From Anthoceros angustus (lineage: Eukaryota > Plantae > Anthocerotophyta): a DNA stretch of 64,000 nucleotides. A model generated the notes under the pieces. The model was not told where the DNA came from. It was given only the letters and a program-made list of their open reading frames with translations, and made no database searches. Below are positions 49,001-62,041 of this stretch, piece after piece. Location: contig VJWM01000117.1 in assembly GCA_010909165.1 (NCBI GenBank), positions 1 to 64,000 on the forward strand, read 5' to 3'. Positions within the stretch are counted from its first letter, which is position 1. Each line of letters starts with the position of its first letter. The position numbers and the translations under genes were made by a program.

Positions 49001-50304
49001 CTCTCACAACGACCTTGGATTTTTCCACGAGCGTCGCACACCGTGGATATCATCCTCTTCATCTATGTCATCACTCTTGCAATAGGTTGACGGCACTGCA
49101 AGAAATTCAAGATCTTGAAGTTTGGGTCATCCGGTTCCTCCCAAGATCCGATAATGTATAACTTCATCCGGTTACAAGTGGTGCACGGGCTGCACGTTTT
49201 CCTTCTTTCTTTCTTCCGCAAGTATCCTCCGCCACCAAGTGCTTGTTTGATTTTATCAAGACCCATGTTTCTGCCTCACGAGTTGGGGGTACGGACCCTC
49301 AATCCGGCCAATCGCAGATATTTATCAAGCAACTCCAGCAATTTATCAATTTATTTAGCAATTTCCAGCAATTTATTTCAGCAATTTATTTCAGCTATTT
49401 CCAGCATATAATCCAGCAAATATTTCAAAATTTGATTCGATAGCACCTTCTTATGCGCGAGACGGCTGGATTCTCGCCAAATTTTCTCACCGATCTTGGC
49501 AATGCTACGTCATTTGTGGCGATCGCGGGATCATAAGCGCAAATTTGATTGGAGATGGATCTGGCCGGGCCGGGCCGGATGGCGCGAGGTCGATGGCGGG
49601 GACGGGCGGCGCGAGTATGGCGCTGGCGGATGGCGCCGGGCGGATCGCGCCGATCGAGCGATCTCGAGGATTGATGCACCCGAGGTGCGCGGCGGCGCGG
49701 GGAGAAGTTTTGTCTCCGTGAAACTGCCGGAAGGCGCGCGGCACGCCTGAACGCCCCTACCCGCTCTCACAGGCGAGAGGGGCCGTCGCTTTTATTTATA
49801 GGCCGAAATGGGCCTATCCTGTTTTAGCTTTTATTTATAGGCCATTTTGTGGCCCGTATTTTGTTTTTCATTTTCTTTATGCCTATATTAAGTCCTTATT
49901 TATGACTTGATTATATGTTAGATGCTTAAGTTTTTAAGACCTTTTCTTAAGCGATAACTTTAGGTTTAGTGGGAGCCTATTTAACATTTAGGCCTCATTT
50001 TAAAGGCTAGACTTCACCCCTATATTCATAGTGAGTGGGAGTGATGAAATAGGTCTAGATTAGGGCACTATTCATTAGGGCCTCATAACTTAAACATTAT
50101 TATTTACCTAGGGTTATTTAGGTAGTTAGTAGTTATATTAGTTATATTGGTTACAACAACTTACTTGCTGTAACTACTTATGGTTGCAACCACTTATGGT
50201 TGTAACCACCCAACTACCCAGCCTATTTAAAGGCTTGTACTTTACTCATTAAACACTTACATTGCTTCTTCTTCTTCTAATCTAAGAGCCATGCATTCTC
50301 ATCA
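43038..50304 (+). mobile_element. Complete Ty1/Copia LTR retrotransposon
   Basis: LTRs 43038-43291 and 50042-50304 (TG...CA, near-identical). PBS tggtatc(a)gagc at 43292 (tRNA-iMet type). PPT agtgagtgggag at 50030-50041. TSD cacc(t) on both sides. Confidence 0.97.
44100..48198 (+). pseudogene. gag-pol: Copia gag-pol (gag, PR, IN, RT, RNase H; many 1-3 bp deletions)
   Basis: Zn knuckle CNWCRIPNHMEKDC; YLD(S)GATSH; LWHCRLGH; DNGGEF; RKKLDPKA; TWELV...KWVFKIK...RYKARLVARGF; LYGLKQS; YVDD (47274); DADY; DLLTKSL. Confidence 0.95.
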
Positions 50305-50766
50305 CACCTGTGTCCAAGGTGATAAGCACGCCAAGGAAAGTAACTTAGAAGTTGAGCCGTGAGGACGGACTAGGCGGCGCCACGTGACGGCCCCGAGTGG
50401 AGGTCGGCATACCGCCAGACTGAATTTTGCCAGGGGCCATAGTATTCACGCCCGGATCGCGCGTAGAAGGCCGAGTACGCGCGCGTAAGGCGCCGCAGTA
50501 AGGAGGCGAAGGTCGGTCAAGCCGCCGCTCCGCGCTACGGACAGGAAGAGGCGCCTTCCCGCCTGGGCCGTTACTCAAGGCGCGTCAAGGGGAAGGTCAT
50601 TGCCAGCCTCGAGACACCTCGCAGCCTCTTGCGCCCGCAACCCGGCTCGGCGCTTATCTCTTTGAGCGCCCAAGACCTTCGAGCGAGTTCACTGCGCTGA
50701 GGCGAAACGCAGGAGGGCGATCGTGCTGAACTCCCGGCCGCCACAGCACAAGGGGAGACGAAGGCG

Positions 50767-52600
50767 ATGGCACCCAAAAAGCCTGCGGAAGTTTGGGAGC
50801 CATGGAACCTCGTGGAGCGCAACATTGTGACCCGGCGCTATCCGGACTTTGGGCCCTGGCTGGAGGAAGCGGGAGAATTAGTGGAGGAGTGGCACCGGAT
50901 GCGCTCCATGGTCCGACGCTCGGCTGCACCGTCCGGGAGTTCGCCCAAGATGCTGGGCCAACAAGGAGGTGCGGTCCAAGAACCTCCGGAGGACCCGAGG
51001 CGATGGACCTTGAGGTCCCGAGGCGCCTACAACCGCCCAAAGGAGGAAGAAGGGGAGTGGTGCCGAGCCCCTCAAGGCGGCGGAAGATAGGGCCGCAACA
51101 TGCCGAGGCTCGACGCAGAGGGACCACCAACGGATGGTTGATATCCGACCACCGGATCCGAGTAAGGGCGGTAGCCCGGATCATTGTCCATTGAACTCGC
51201 CACCAAGGTGGATCACCTTGGTGATAACTCGCTGGTATTCCCCGCATGCGCCGCTGGGAAGAGGGCGGACTGGGAAGGATTATCTTCGCCTGTTTAGTCA
51301 GAGGCCCGCAAGCTCAGACCGAGAAGCCTCGCCATTCTGGGCCCCATACCCGATCCATGTATGGGGACATTTCAGCTCCAAGGAGGGAGAGCTTGGAGCG
51401 CCCGGGACCTGAGGCCCCGCCGAAGTGGAGCGGCAAGGCGCCCGAGGTGGAGGCCGATCAAGGCCAAACGGACCCGGAGGAGGACGATCGAGGGAATTCG
51501 GACTACGTCCGAACGGACCCTCACCACCTGGGAAGTATGGGAAGAACCCCGCTTCCTCCTCTGGTGCCCCAACCGAGCAGCCAAAGCAGAAGCGGCCCTG
51601 ACCCCAATAGCCCCGCCACCACCACAACCACGCAGAGCCCCGCGACCGTGGAGGGAACCAAGAGACGCAAGACACACATTAACGCACCCTGTGACGGTCA
51701 AGACTTTACCCCCCGCCTACCTGAGTGGCAAGAGGAAGTGAAGGAGGGCGAAGGGACGCCGCCTGTGGAGCAGGAGGACACAGCCTGCACCGGAGCCGGC
51801 CCTCCGCCACGGGAAGGGGCAAAGGCTTGCTCCACCCTCACCTCCTCCGAGCCCCTGTGGAGAAAAAGGGCGAAGGAGCTCGCCAAAAGGGCCAAGGAGG
51901 GTGAAGCCCGAGTCAAAGACTCGTGACCCAAGGGTCCCGATTAGGTCCGGAGAACCCACCGACTTACTCCGGACATATGGAGGTCCTCATGATCGGAAAT
52001 GCCGCCCGCCACGGACTTTGGGAGCTCACTGGCGGGTGGAAGAAACACGGCGGTCCCTGCTACCGCCATGGACGGTATGCTTTGGGGTCTCAAGGGATGG
52101 CCGAGAAGACCAGAGGTAGAAGCCACCCGAGGCATGGTACTCTCCAGAGTGCTGAGGGGCCCAGAGGCAAGAAGGAAGGCCAAGCTCTCGGCCGATTGAG
52201 GAAGGGAAACGCCGGAGGCCGAGAGGAAGTCCGTCCATCCGCAAGGACCGATTAAATTCCTTCACCGAGGAGCAAGCAGCTAAGGAGGCCCAAGCGGCCG
52301 AGGACCTCCGCAGGAGGGGGGGTAGCGCAGAGGCGAAGAGGCCCGGGCGCAAGCGAGCGGGCCTGGACCAAGTGAGGCACTGACCAGACCAAAGCTGTCG
52401 AGAGGCTCAGGAAGGTGGCCATGAGGCGGAAGCCATTAGTACGATCGCGATCACTATCGGCGTGATCAAACCGTGGAGGAGGCTACCGGGTAGCCACGCC
52501 AACTGGGCGGCCGAAAGCGGCAAGAAGAGCAAGCACGGACGGCCGTGTAAACATCGAGGCCGGGGTCCGAGCTTGGGGACCGGACTTCTGACACAGTTCG
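50767..52600 (+). pseudogene. LTR-encoded protein homologous to 39400-41502 (frameshifted)
   Basis: MAPKKPAEVW...TNGWLISD...AD(W)GRIIFACL, followed by acidic/Pro-rich and coiled-coil-like segments. TATA-like gtataagag downstream at ~53062. Confidence 0.62.
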
Positions 52601-53693
52601 ACCTGGTCCGAACCCTGTAGACGAGCCGGACCCAACACGGACTCAGAAATAAGCCGGACTCGAGTTCGTGACCGGAGTCAAGACCTGACCTCGAGGTCCG
52701 GACTTCAAGAGGAGGAGCCCCTCGACTCCACGCTTAGGGGAGCCGATAGTCGGTGGCCCCACCGAGGGGGGACTCACCGGGAGGCCAGGGAGGATGACGT
52801 CAGGTAACGGCGGTCGCCGACTACCCCGCCTAGCCCAACCCGACAGATTCTGTGAGAGGAGGGGCCCCCGCCTCATGGATCATCCAACGAAGAACTGCTG
52901 TCAGACGGAGATTGGACCACCAATCCCAAGGCGGAACCTGGACCTTCCCAGCCCCACCACCGCCGACGGGGAGATAGGGAGGGAATAGGATGGTAGGCGG
53001 TCGATTAGGCACATGAGCCATCATCACCAAAATAGGGGTGTAATAAAGACGACTTGGGCGAGTATAAGAGGGTCAATGCCCTCAATAAATCATCTTCTCT
53101 TGGTGTTGATGTCTGCGTTCTTGCAGGACCTTTGTGTGTCTTCTTAACGTGGTCACGGGTCCCGAGTCACGGCGGCTCCGAGGAGATTGATCGGGGAGGT
53201 CCACAGTGACTGCGTGTTGTGGTGTGTGCGGGGGAGGTGACGGGGACCGTGCCGTCGAGCAGCGGCCCGGCCCAGCCGAGGGCCAGGACGTGGTGAGCCG
53301 GAGGAACTCGGGAGGCGTGCGAGCCCGGACGGAGGCGGGAGTGGAACGACGGAGGAGGTCCATGACTGTAATCCGCGATCTTTCCCTAAGGCCGATAATT
53401 GTAGTGTGAGTGGAGAGAGAACGACGGAAGGTGTGGTGACGGCGTGAATCTGGGGCTGACCCAGGTCATAAACGTTTAGCCATACCGGCTGTCACGGTGT
53501 TGTCGCGAGTAGTTAGACGCGGTGAACCTGAAAGGAGTGTGTGTGTGTTGAACCCAACGCGAACGCAGTAAGACGAGAATCGCCGAATCCGTGAAACGGG
53601 AGCCTGCCATTCTCGGGAACGGACTCCTTCCTACAACGACACAGCGGATTGTGCGGGCGCCTTACCGCCTGCCAAAAAAGTCGCGCGGTTGCC

Positions 53694-56130
53694 AATTTGC
53701 TCTTGTAACAGAACTCTGCTGCCACCACGTCAGCCGAATCTATGGTGCACGCTGGGCCGCCCATGCCATCCGTGTACAAGAATGAAATCTCGTGGCTACC
53801 GTAGGATGTACCTGTTTCAAGCGGGTCTTTGTTTTGGGTCGATGGGTCTGAAAACAAAATCGATCCCATTTCTAATGGTGCCAGGCATGGGGACAAGGCC
53901 ATTGAGTTGTGGCGCGTTGCCGACTCTTGACAGCGCACATGGGCTGCTAAATTCTCGCATCCTTGTACATGGTAGGCCACCGTCAGCCATGCCTCCGCAC
54001 TTTCCGCAAGTGACATGCGCGATAATGGCCCCCGCCCCTCGTAATGAGCTCGTGATCGGCTTGCCTTGTGCGTACTCCATAACCGCCTCGCCGATCCGGA
54101 CTACTCGGTATAAGTCTGCATCGCGCCGTGATAAGTGGTCTTGAGTAGTGACGACCGGCTTCTCTGCTTTGGGAAGATGTGGGAGGAATTTGACCTGCGC
54201 CCGATAATCATAAATCTCCGATATGTTGGTCTTGCTCCTCCCTTCTCAATCGATACGGCTTCCACCCTTATTTCCTTCCGAACCGGTTCACCGTTTGTCA
54301 CCTTCAAAACAAGATTTGATCGGGAAAATCATCTCTCCCAGGTTCCGCTCCACCGTTCGCCTTCAAGCCGGATATGAAGTCGGCGTGACATGTTTCCCCC
54401 TCTCTCCTCTCTATGTGGAAAGAAAAAACTCCTCAGATAAAGAAGGATCCAGCTGATCCGTCCAAAGGTGTTTATTCGGTGTTTCAAGGCAAAGTGATCA
54501 CGCGGAAACACAAACTTCATGAGAGGAGGTAGTGTCCAATTTCCGACCGTAGCAATCATTCCTGCTTCAAGGCCTCCGTGGTGGTATACTTGCCCAGCCA
54601 TCCGTTAGTGTCGCCGCATAGTAGATCGGGAAATCCTTCTTCTCATCCTACAAGGGGACTGATCCGACAAATGCCAAACATCAACGAAAATGGGAAATTT
54701 ACCCATGCCTCTTAGCGTGGCTACTGTGAGCTGTTGTCGTATGTCCTGAATGCTTCCTGCTCCATCGCCGTCATTCCCACCGTCCTTCCTCAAGCTCGTT
54801 AGTGGGCAGCCCTGGCAAAATTTGAAATGTATAATCATCATTCCTGAACCACTGGAGTTCCTTTTAGCGCTGAAGGCGCTCTAAGGGTGGCTATGACCTT
54901 TACCTTGTCGGATCGACCTATACCTCGCTTGAAATCCGATGCTAGCAATCCCTTGACATGCCAAAGTAGCACTTTTGGATGCGGGCATAATTGCGTGGTT
55001 CGGCGTTCGAGCACTTTGGTGCGACAAATGGTCCTTGACAGCCCCAAATCTGATCGTCCAAGAAAACTTCCATAAAGTCCCTAAGAAGTCCTTGAAGATC
55101 TTGGCGATGGTTCGCATGAAGGACCGGTGCTCCCGTCAAGCCGTCTTGCGCTGCGCTTGTAGCATATGTCCCCGATCCGGTTGTAAAAGCGGTTAGCAAT
55201 CGCTTTCCCTAAGGTGCGGTTGGTTATAACCCAGTACCCATCTAGAATGAATGCCATCACACTGCGCGGATCTAGGATATTATCGATGAAGGCACGGAAA
55301 GTGATCCTTCTTGGTGACTTTATTCAACCTTCTCCGTCGACACCCGGATTTTGGTTGCTCTTATACTACCACTATTGGAGCCACCATTGTATTGACTATA
55401 GGATAGATCACATCGCCTTGAGATCCTCAGCGATCCTTGACCTTGAAAGTGATTTAACTTGCTGCGGAATCCTTGGATTGCTCCACGGTTCCAGTCAATC
55501 CTATGCTCACCCCTCCTTGGGATACCCTTCATGTGCCGGTTACCTCAAGGCGAAACATCGATGAATTACGCAGCGTGCCTTCCTCCAACACAGCATCCAT
55601 TGTTCTTGAGAATTTGAGTACTTTTCCAGAACCTCAACATCCTTGACTTCATCATCTGCTACCCACCCTCGCTCCGCGGTGCGGTGCGATGCCAAACCCT
55701 TCTTACGGCTCCCCGGTTCCTCTTCGCATGCCCCACTCTAAACAGATCCTCCGGTGAAAGCGTAACTCTGTTTCTTCCTCCTTATCCGGCTTTTCACTTG
55801 TTCCCTCCTTCATCAAGTTCGGTCTGACCATGGTTACCCCATGGACCAGTTGATGGCGTGCGGAATATCTCTGCGATAATCCTTATTCGAGACCATGAGA
55901 TGTGTGCGAAAATTTGTCTTCTTGTTCTCCCGGCGTGTCTTGACGAGTGTATCCTCCGTTTAGGTTGGGGTCTCGCCCGGTATGTCCTTACTCAAGTTAG
56001 GCAAATCCTACCTTCCTTGGTCTTAGGATCCCATTCGATTGGTTTGAATCGACTTCCTTTCTTCCCCATTTGAGCGTGCATTGAGATCCATACATCCATG
56101 TTCGACCAATTAAATCGTGCTTATACCCCG
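53694..56130 (-). pseudogene. pol: Gypsy pol: end of PR, RT, RNase H and integrase N-terminus/core (heavily frameshifted)
   Basis: LIGRTWMY (~56090-56115); FIDNILD; FMEVFLDD (~55050-55073); KVKVIA; GIDFV...; DSADVVA. Confidence 0.88.
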
Positions 56131-56599
56131 GCGCGATTAGAGGTTAGGAATCTAGGAACGGATGCTACGGAGGGGCGTTTACGCACGGAGAACCTGGCCG
56201 AGCGTTAGCGAGACCGTCGCAGACCGCTCTTAGTCAGTGCTCACGCTGACGTCCGGCTCCCCGGGCGTAAAGGGAGCGGTAGCCGAGTCTCAGGTCGAGT
56301 CGAGACGTCACCGCACTCGATCTGCAGCATCAGAGTGAGCCGAGAGGCGAGCCATATTGCTCACAATAAAACCAGCACTTGTTGCTTGCGGTAACGGGTT
56401 ATACTTCTTTTTCTCTCACTCTGATGTAACATTTCATATTCTCTGATCTTGGTTTTACCATTCTTGAAGTGTTTTTTCAAAAGAGGTTCACCGGCAATGT
56501 TATTGTGTTGAACACTTCGATAGTCGCTATCTAAAAGATGTTACGTTGGTTAGTAAACATAAACAGTCAAAGAGGAAATGACAAAGTGATTCATTACCT

Positions 56600-59561
56600 T
56601 CTTCAATATCCACCATTGCGTCGCTCATTCGACGCATCACTGGAAGGTCGAGGCTGCTACATTAAATTGGATGGTGAGAAGTGCAGCGAGGACCCCTCAC
56701 GGAACCACCGAGGCACTCGGGTGGGTTCCGTGTCATGGTTATCAATGGTGAAGATCCCGCACTCGGCAATCTACGGCTTCAGCGGGCCCCTTTTACTAGC
56801 GACCGTTATCGCGCCACATAAAGATTTGTGATGGGAACCATTGGATGTAAGTTAAGGGTACCTACGGTATCTATTGCTCGCATACCACACCAACACATGA
56901 GCCGGATATACCTTTGGGAGTTTCGTGAGAAAAGTAAACCAGACTGGGGCTAGTCCTGCATACAATGTCTGTTGGAGATCTTTTACTGCACCTTGGGTGG
57001 TGTTGTATCTGAGGGCAATACAGGAAAAGCACCTTGTTAGTAAACCGTCCTTAAACTGGGGTCCTAAGAAAACAAATTGAAGCAAAAGTCCGAGTGACCC
57101 TTACATATGAAAAAGGGCAGTTGAGGCCGAGCAATCACTTTTCGCAGGAAGTCCATAAGTACAATCACTTTATCAGATGCTTTGAACTCTGCTTGCACAA
57201 TGAGACTGGAAATTGGATTTTAATCACAGCCTGCACATAACCTCAAACTACCATCGGATCATGAACGAAACAAATTGCTAGTACTAAGCATCAGTAAGAA
57301 ACGAGAGGACTCAAGCACACCACCTACGGGTGATCCGAGCTTCGAGCAGCGCATCCCTATGCTTCTTTGTCTTCAAAAAATGTCTGTTCAAATGATCACC
57401 ATTCTTCTCGAGACTTTGCAGTCGCAACGCATCAAGGACAGAACGCCATGAACTCCACTTTACATTCAATCCACCCTCGGCAAAACATACCTTCCTTCTT
57501 ATCGGCCTGAGACGTGCAAGGTCACCTGGGGTCAGGTCGTGAAGGAGTCAGGAGATCGTCTGACCACAAGTACAAGCAAGTATTAGGAAGACTGCCACAT
57601 GTTGGTACTGCAGGCAGGGCGATGCGAGCCCTCCGCCTCTGAGCCTAACCCCTCGACCATAGGGTTTAGCACGAGGGCAACAAAGTCATTGACGGCAAGC
57701 TAGGACATCTTCACCTTGACGCCTGGAGCTGAAACATTAACCCCCGGGTCCTGTTGCTTTATTTTTCTTTATCAAGGAGTTCAGGCTCTCTTCCATTTCT
57801 TTCATGAAATTTTGAAACCGTTTCAACCCTAGAAAATGGGCGATAATAGTCAAGCTAAGACCCATAGATAAAGGGGAGCCTCAGAGGAAGACACAAAATC
57901 CCTGTCTCGGATGATCGAGGGCCGGCAGTTGGTCTTTGGGGACAGCAGCTTGCCTCTACAAACATGACTTCCCGACCAAGCGGGCTGCCCGCTCTGCCAA
58001 TTTCGCCTAATGGGAAGCACGATGGTCAGCCAGAAACCAGGAAGAGAGTCATAATGGAACTTTCAGGGCCGGAGTTACCCTCAGATTTTATCACAGCCCG
58101 GCCCGGACATTGTGCCATTTGCCGTCAAGAACATGAAACAAGCCACCTCAAAAGAGAAGCGGATCAAGTTCTACCTTAGCCTCTTACGCGGGGTGAGCGA
58201 GCGTAGCCGGCCCGGCCGACAAGCTGGACATGAGCAGAAACATCCACGAGGCCCACTGCGGTAGAGCTTCTCCGCTGCGGAACATCGCCATGCTCGAAGG
58301 CCTCGTTCCCCCCTCCTTGATCGCCGGTAACGCAAGGTTGTTCTCCGGTCCATGACCACTTTGCCTGTACAAGGCCTTGTCTGGCATGATCGCTGATGGC
58401 TCACCATCGCCCGCAATTGATAAGCGGATCGAGATGACTACTTGCGGTGCAGATCTCAAGTATATCCATCGGAAAATGCTATCCACTTACTTGTGCAATC
58501 ACGAAACCGACCTTCCCGAGCGGTTGCGGCGAGTAAAGCGTACGCGGCCATCATGGCCTTAGCGAAGAAATACGCTTAAAACATGTTGGGCAGAACCCAC
58601 TTTCCAGTGACCATCTCAGTCGGGACCTGCAAAAGAAAAGGAGCATATTGAAGGATTAAAGGAAGAAAGAACCGTGCCAAGACAGATCAGAAACCATACA
58701 ACCTGACTTGTAAGTATACCAGTAGTCTCAGACCCAAATTACTTCAAGATTAGTAGGGACGACTGATCCTTTATCTGCATTTCGTAACAACATTTTCTCA
58801 TCCAGGCTCTCATCCATGTAGTCTTTTGAGCTGATCGCGACCAGCTTTGCTTTGAGCATATAGACAATGGATCAGGTGTCCTAGTTGTGATAAAAGCAGA
58901 TTTCCAGGGTGTTTTTCAAAGCAAAAGTTCTCCCGAATGCGTGGATGCCAACATCATCCAAGACAATCAAACAACGGAGCTTCAACGGAGTTGGGTGGCA
59001 CATCAAGGGTCTCCGGATACATCGGTAGCGGTGGCTGCAGCTCGAAAATAACAGGCCCGAGAGAAACCTCCGCAGTGGGGAACTTCTCCATGTCTACCTC
59101 GAGCATCGCACATTGTAAACTCGGGATAAGCACACATCGTGAGTCACCTCATCAAGCAAAACCTCCGGCTCTCGCCACCATGCGCTCCAGTAGTGGCCAC
59201 TCGGGCGTGGCCAGAGCCAGTAAGCCTGCTCCCCCTCCTGACGCGACCTCCAGCGGCCCGGCTGTCGTTGGAAAATGGATCCCCAACACCACGATGGCGG
59301 CTTGAGCCATATGGATGAGGATGAGGGCCAAGGTCGGCGGGTCGGATGGAGCGGATGGAGTCGATTGAGCGTGCCGTGATGTGATCGCGTTTGGAGCCAA
59401 GAGATGGGCGTGAGAGGAAGTTGAGAGGAAGGCTGGAATGGGAGGCGGTCTTGAGTCACGCTTGGAGCCGATGGAGCGTGGCCGTCTGGTCTGGGGTGGA
59501 GCCAAAAGGCTGAGGCGGCAATTGATAGCGAGAAGATTAGGCGGGGGCCGCGATGAATCAT
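56600..59561 (-). pseudogene. Probable intron-containing gene of unknown function inside the 5.9-kb insertion
   Basis: GC-rich exon-like blocks alternate with AT-richer segments. Minus-strand acceptor ttttctttt-gcag near 58627-58640 and donor gtaagt near 58485-58490. CCAAT/TATA-like signals at 59575-59645. Confidence 0.4.
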
Positions 59562-61817
59562 AATGAGGACGATATGCTTTAAATATCAGCAGGTTAGGGT
59601 TGGAAGTTTCTTGCCGGATGACCTCGTAGCTTTATTTGATTGGTCGGCGCGTCTTACCGTCGTTCGAGGTTCGGGGTTAGGTTTGGTGTGGTCGCTAGGT
59701 TTGGTAAGTGCAATTTAGGTTTGGCGCTAGGGCGGGCGTAACCAATCGCAGATTTAGGTAGGTTTGGAATTTGGTTTGGAATTCTAGGTTCGGTAAATTC
59801 AAACAAGGTCTGGTAGAGAGAGAATGGCGGCGCCGACAGAGGGAGAAGAGTTAGGGTTTTGTATTCTATATAAACTCTTTCTTCGGTTGGTAGTGTCTTT
59901 TCTTGGCGTAGCTCCAAGGGCCAAGGTCCTTCCTCTAGCTGCGTCTTTGTTTTGTATTCCAAGGTTTCCCCATGTCCGAAGTTCGAGGTGCTGTCCAGTT
60001 TTGTAGTAGTTTGAAGCGAATTTCTTTGTTTTGTTGTGATCTTGTTACTTCAGCCAAGGTTGTTTTCGCCTCAAGGCCAAGGTTTTCGCTTAGAAGGCCA
60101 AGGTTTGCTCGAAAAGGCCGATGTCATTTGTTTTCTAAGTGTTTTGGTCGTTTGGTGCAGCGCTTTTCTCCGCTCTTTTTTCGCTGCTACTCTTGCGCTA
60201 TATGCGCTCTTCTCTTTGTCAGGTTTGTGTGCTGTAGTTTGTTCTGTTGTTGCATTTCATGGTGGTTGTTGAGTTGGTGTTCAGGTTTGTTTTGTGCATG
60301 GCTCTTTTTCCGCTCCAGGCCGTTGATGACCTTACTTCGAGCCGGTTGTTTATGTGTGTTCAGGTCTATTGTCTGCCAATGAGGTGCAGATTAAGCTCTT
60401 TTGTGTGTGAAGTCGTTTCCTATGCGTTCTATGTCTTTTACTTTACCCTAAACCAATATAAAGGCACCGAAGGCCTGCACTGGAGGCTAGTAGGGAGTTT
60501 TGAAGTTACTGGTTGGACATAGAAGTATGAGCGCTTCTGTGTTTCATCTACGCTCACGTCTGCGACTTGCAGTTGTTTAGGTGGATAATTGGTCTTTTAT
60601 CTTTTACTGGTTGTTGGAGTTTGCCGTCGCCGTGTTCACGATGTTCATCTTCAGTCGCCGTAAGTCTTCTTATTTTGTTGCTACCGCGTTTTTGAATACA
60701 TAAGGAAGTTTCCATCTCCTATTTTTGTTTCAGTTGTCGCCTTGTGTTCGTCCATCGTAGAACATAGAGTTTTATGTATGTTCTTTGTCCAGTTTGTGAA
60801 GGTTTCATATTTGTTTCGCTTTAACATTTGGCTTGATTGTCCTAAGATGTTATGCATCTTCCGTGAGTTTCCGATCTTTCTTTCGCTTTCTCACGGTATG
60901 TTAAGTGGTTTGAAAAAAGATCTGGACTTAATTGAATGTATACTGGAAAGTAATAATCGTACGATCGTTTTTGTTTGGTTGTGTCTTGTTAGGGCTTTCA
61001 AGCCTCACCATTGATTTCCGTGTTGTACATCCATTGTATAGCTTTGCGCCTTTTGGTTGTGTCACATTTTACCTTTGTGTTGTTTTCTTCTCGCTCATAA
61101 GTTTGCTTTATCCATTCATTGTCTTGTAGACTAGCAATAAAGTTTTGCCAGCTTAGTAGCTTCCTTTCAGTTAATTATTTCCAGTATGTTTTGTCATGTA
61201 GAAGAGTTTGGGCGGCTTTTAAGAATATCCGGTCGTAATTGGATAATACTGCACGAAGTAATTCTGGTGCGATTTCATTCTTTGTTTCCAACTATTTGTT
61301 TGAATGTGTCATTTCAGGACTTCATTATATATAGTTTCTTTGTTTTGTTTGTGGCATTTTCAGAGTTTGCTTTTAGCTTTGTTTGGTGCTTTTCAGTTGC
61401 TTACTTCGTATGTCTTGGCGGAGAGTGGGGGCTTGAACAAGATCCTCAAGAAATCTGAAAATTCTATCGAGGTGTCAAATGGTATGTTTTCATTTACCTG
61501 TCTCTGCATTCATCGTCTGTTGTCTTTGACTTGTCCGATATACATTGTCTGGTTCATTTCTTAATATTTTGGTGTCCTTAATTTATGTTTTCTATGCAGT
61601 TTTAGAGGCGATGGGATCAATCTTATCCGTATTTACTCTACATTATTTTGAATTTGTATTTCATGCCATTACGGATATGCAGGAAACTACGCAAAGAAAA
61701 GGTTTCTTTGGTTTTGTATATCTGGATCGCATGAATGGTATTTATGAATATGTTTTCTCGCGACGAAGCGATTTTGGTGGGATTTCTAGAATGAGTTCTA
61801 TCTTGATGTACCTTGTA

Positions 61818-61948
61818 TTCACTTGGTGGCTATTTTTTTTCTACCTTACTACTATGGTTTCAACATAGATGGTGGATTATTTTCACTTGGTGGCTATTTT
61901 TTTCTACCTTACTGCTATGGTTTCAACATAGATGGTGGATTATTTTCA
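61818..61948. repeat. ~62-bp tandem duplication
   Basis: ttcacttggtggctattttttttctaccttact.ctatggtttcaacatagatggtggattatt occurs twice. Confidence 0.92.
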
Positions 61949-62041
61949 CCCTACATGGCATTGTTTTCTACTCTCTTGTAATAAATTTTACTATATTCAG
62001 TAAAAAATGACCAATAGGTTAATTCTCTCTCTAGAATTTCA

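Larger units (their letters stand above)
42853..53693 (+). mobile_element. Solo LTR (~3.57 kb without the nested Copia) inserted in the integrase
   Basis: Starts TGTGG at 42853 and ends with the family terminal block cttcctacaacgacac...aaagtcgcg. The integrase (EQ|IITRY) resumes on both sides. The right junction and TSD are garbled. Confidence 0.7.
56131..62041. mobile_element. 5.9-kb insertion, probably a giant solo LTR carrying a gene
   Basis: Flanked by the direct repeat CCCCG (56126-56130 and 62042-62046) and ends in CA. Removing it restores the protease tail GYKHDLIGRTW. No pol domains seen inside. The left end lacks a clean TG. Confidence 0.65.
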
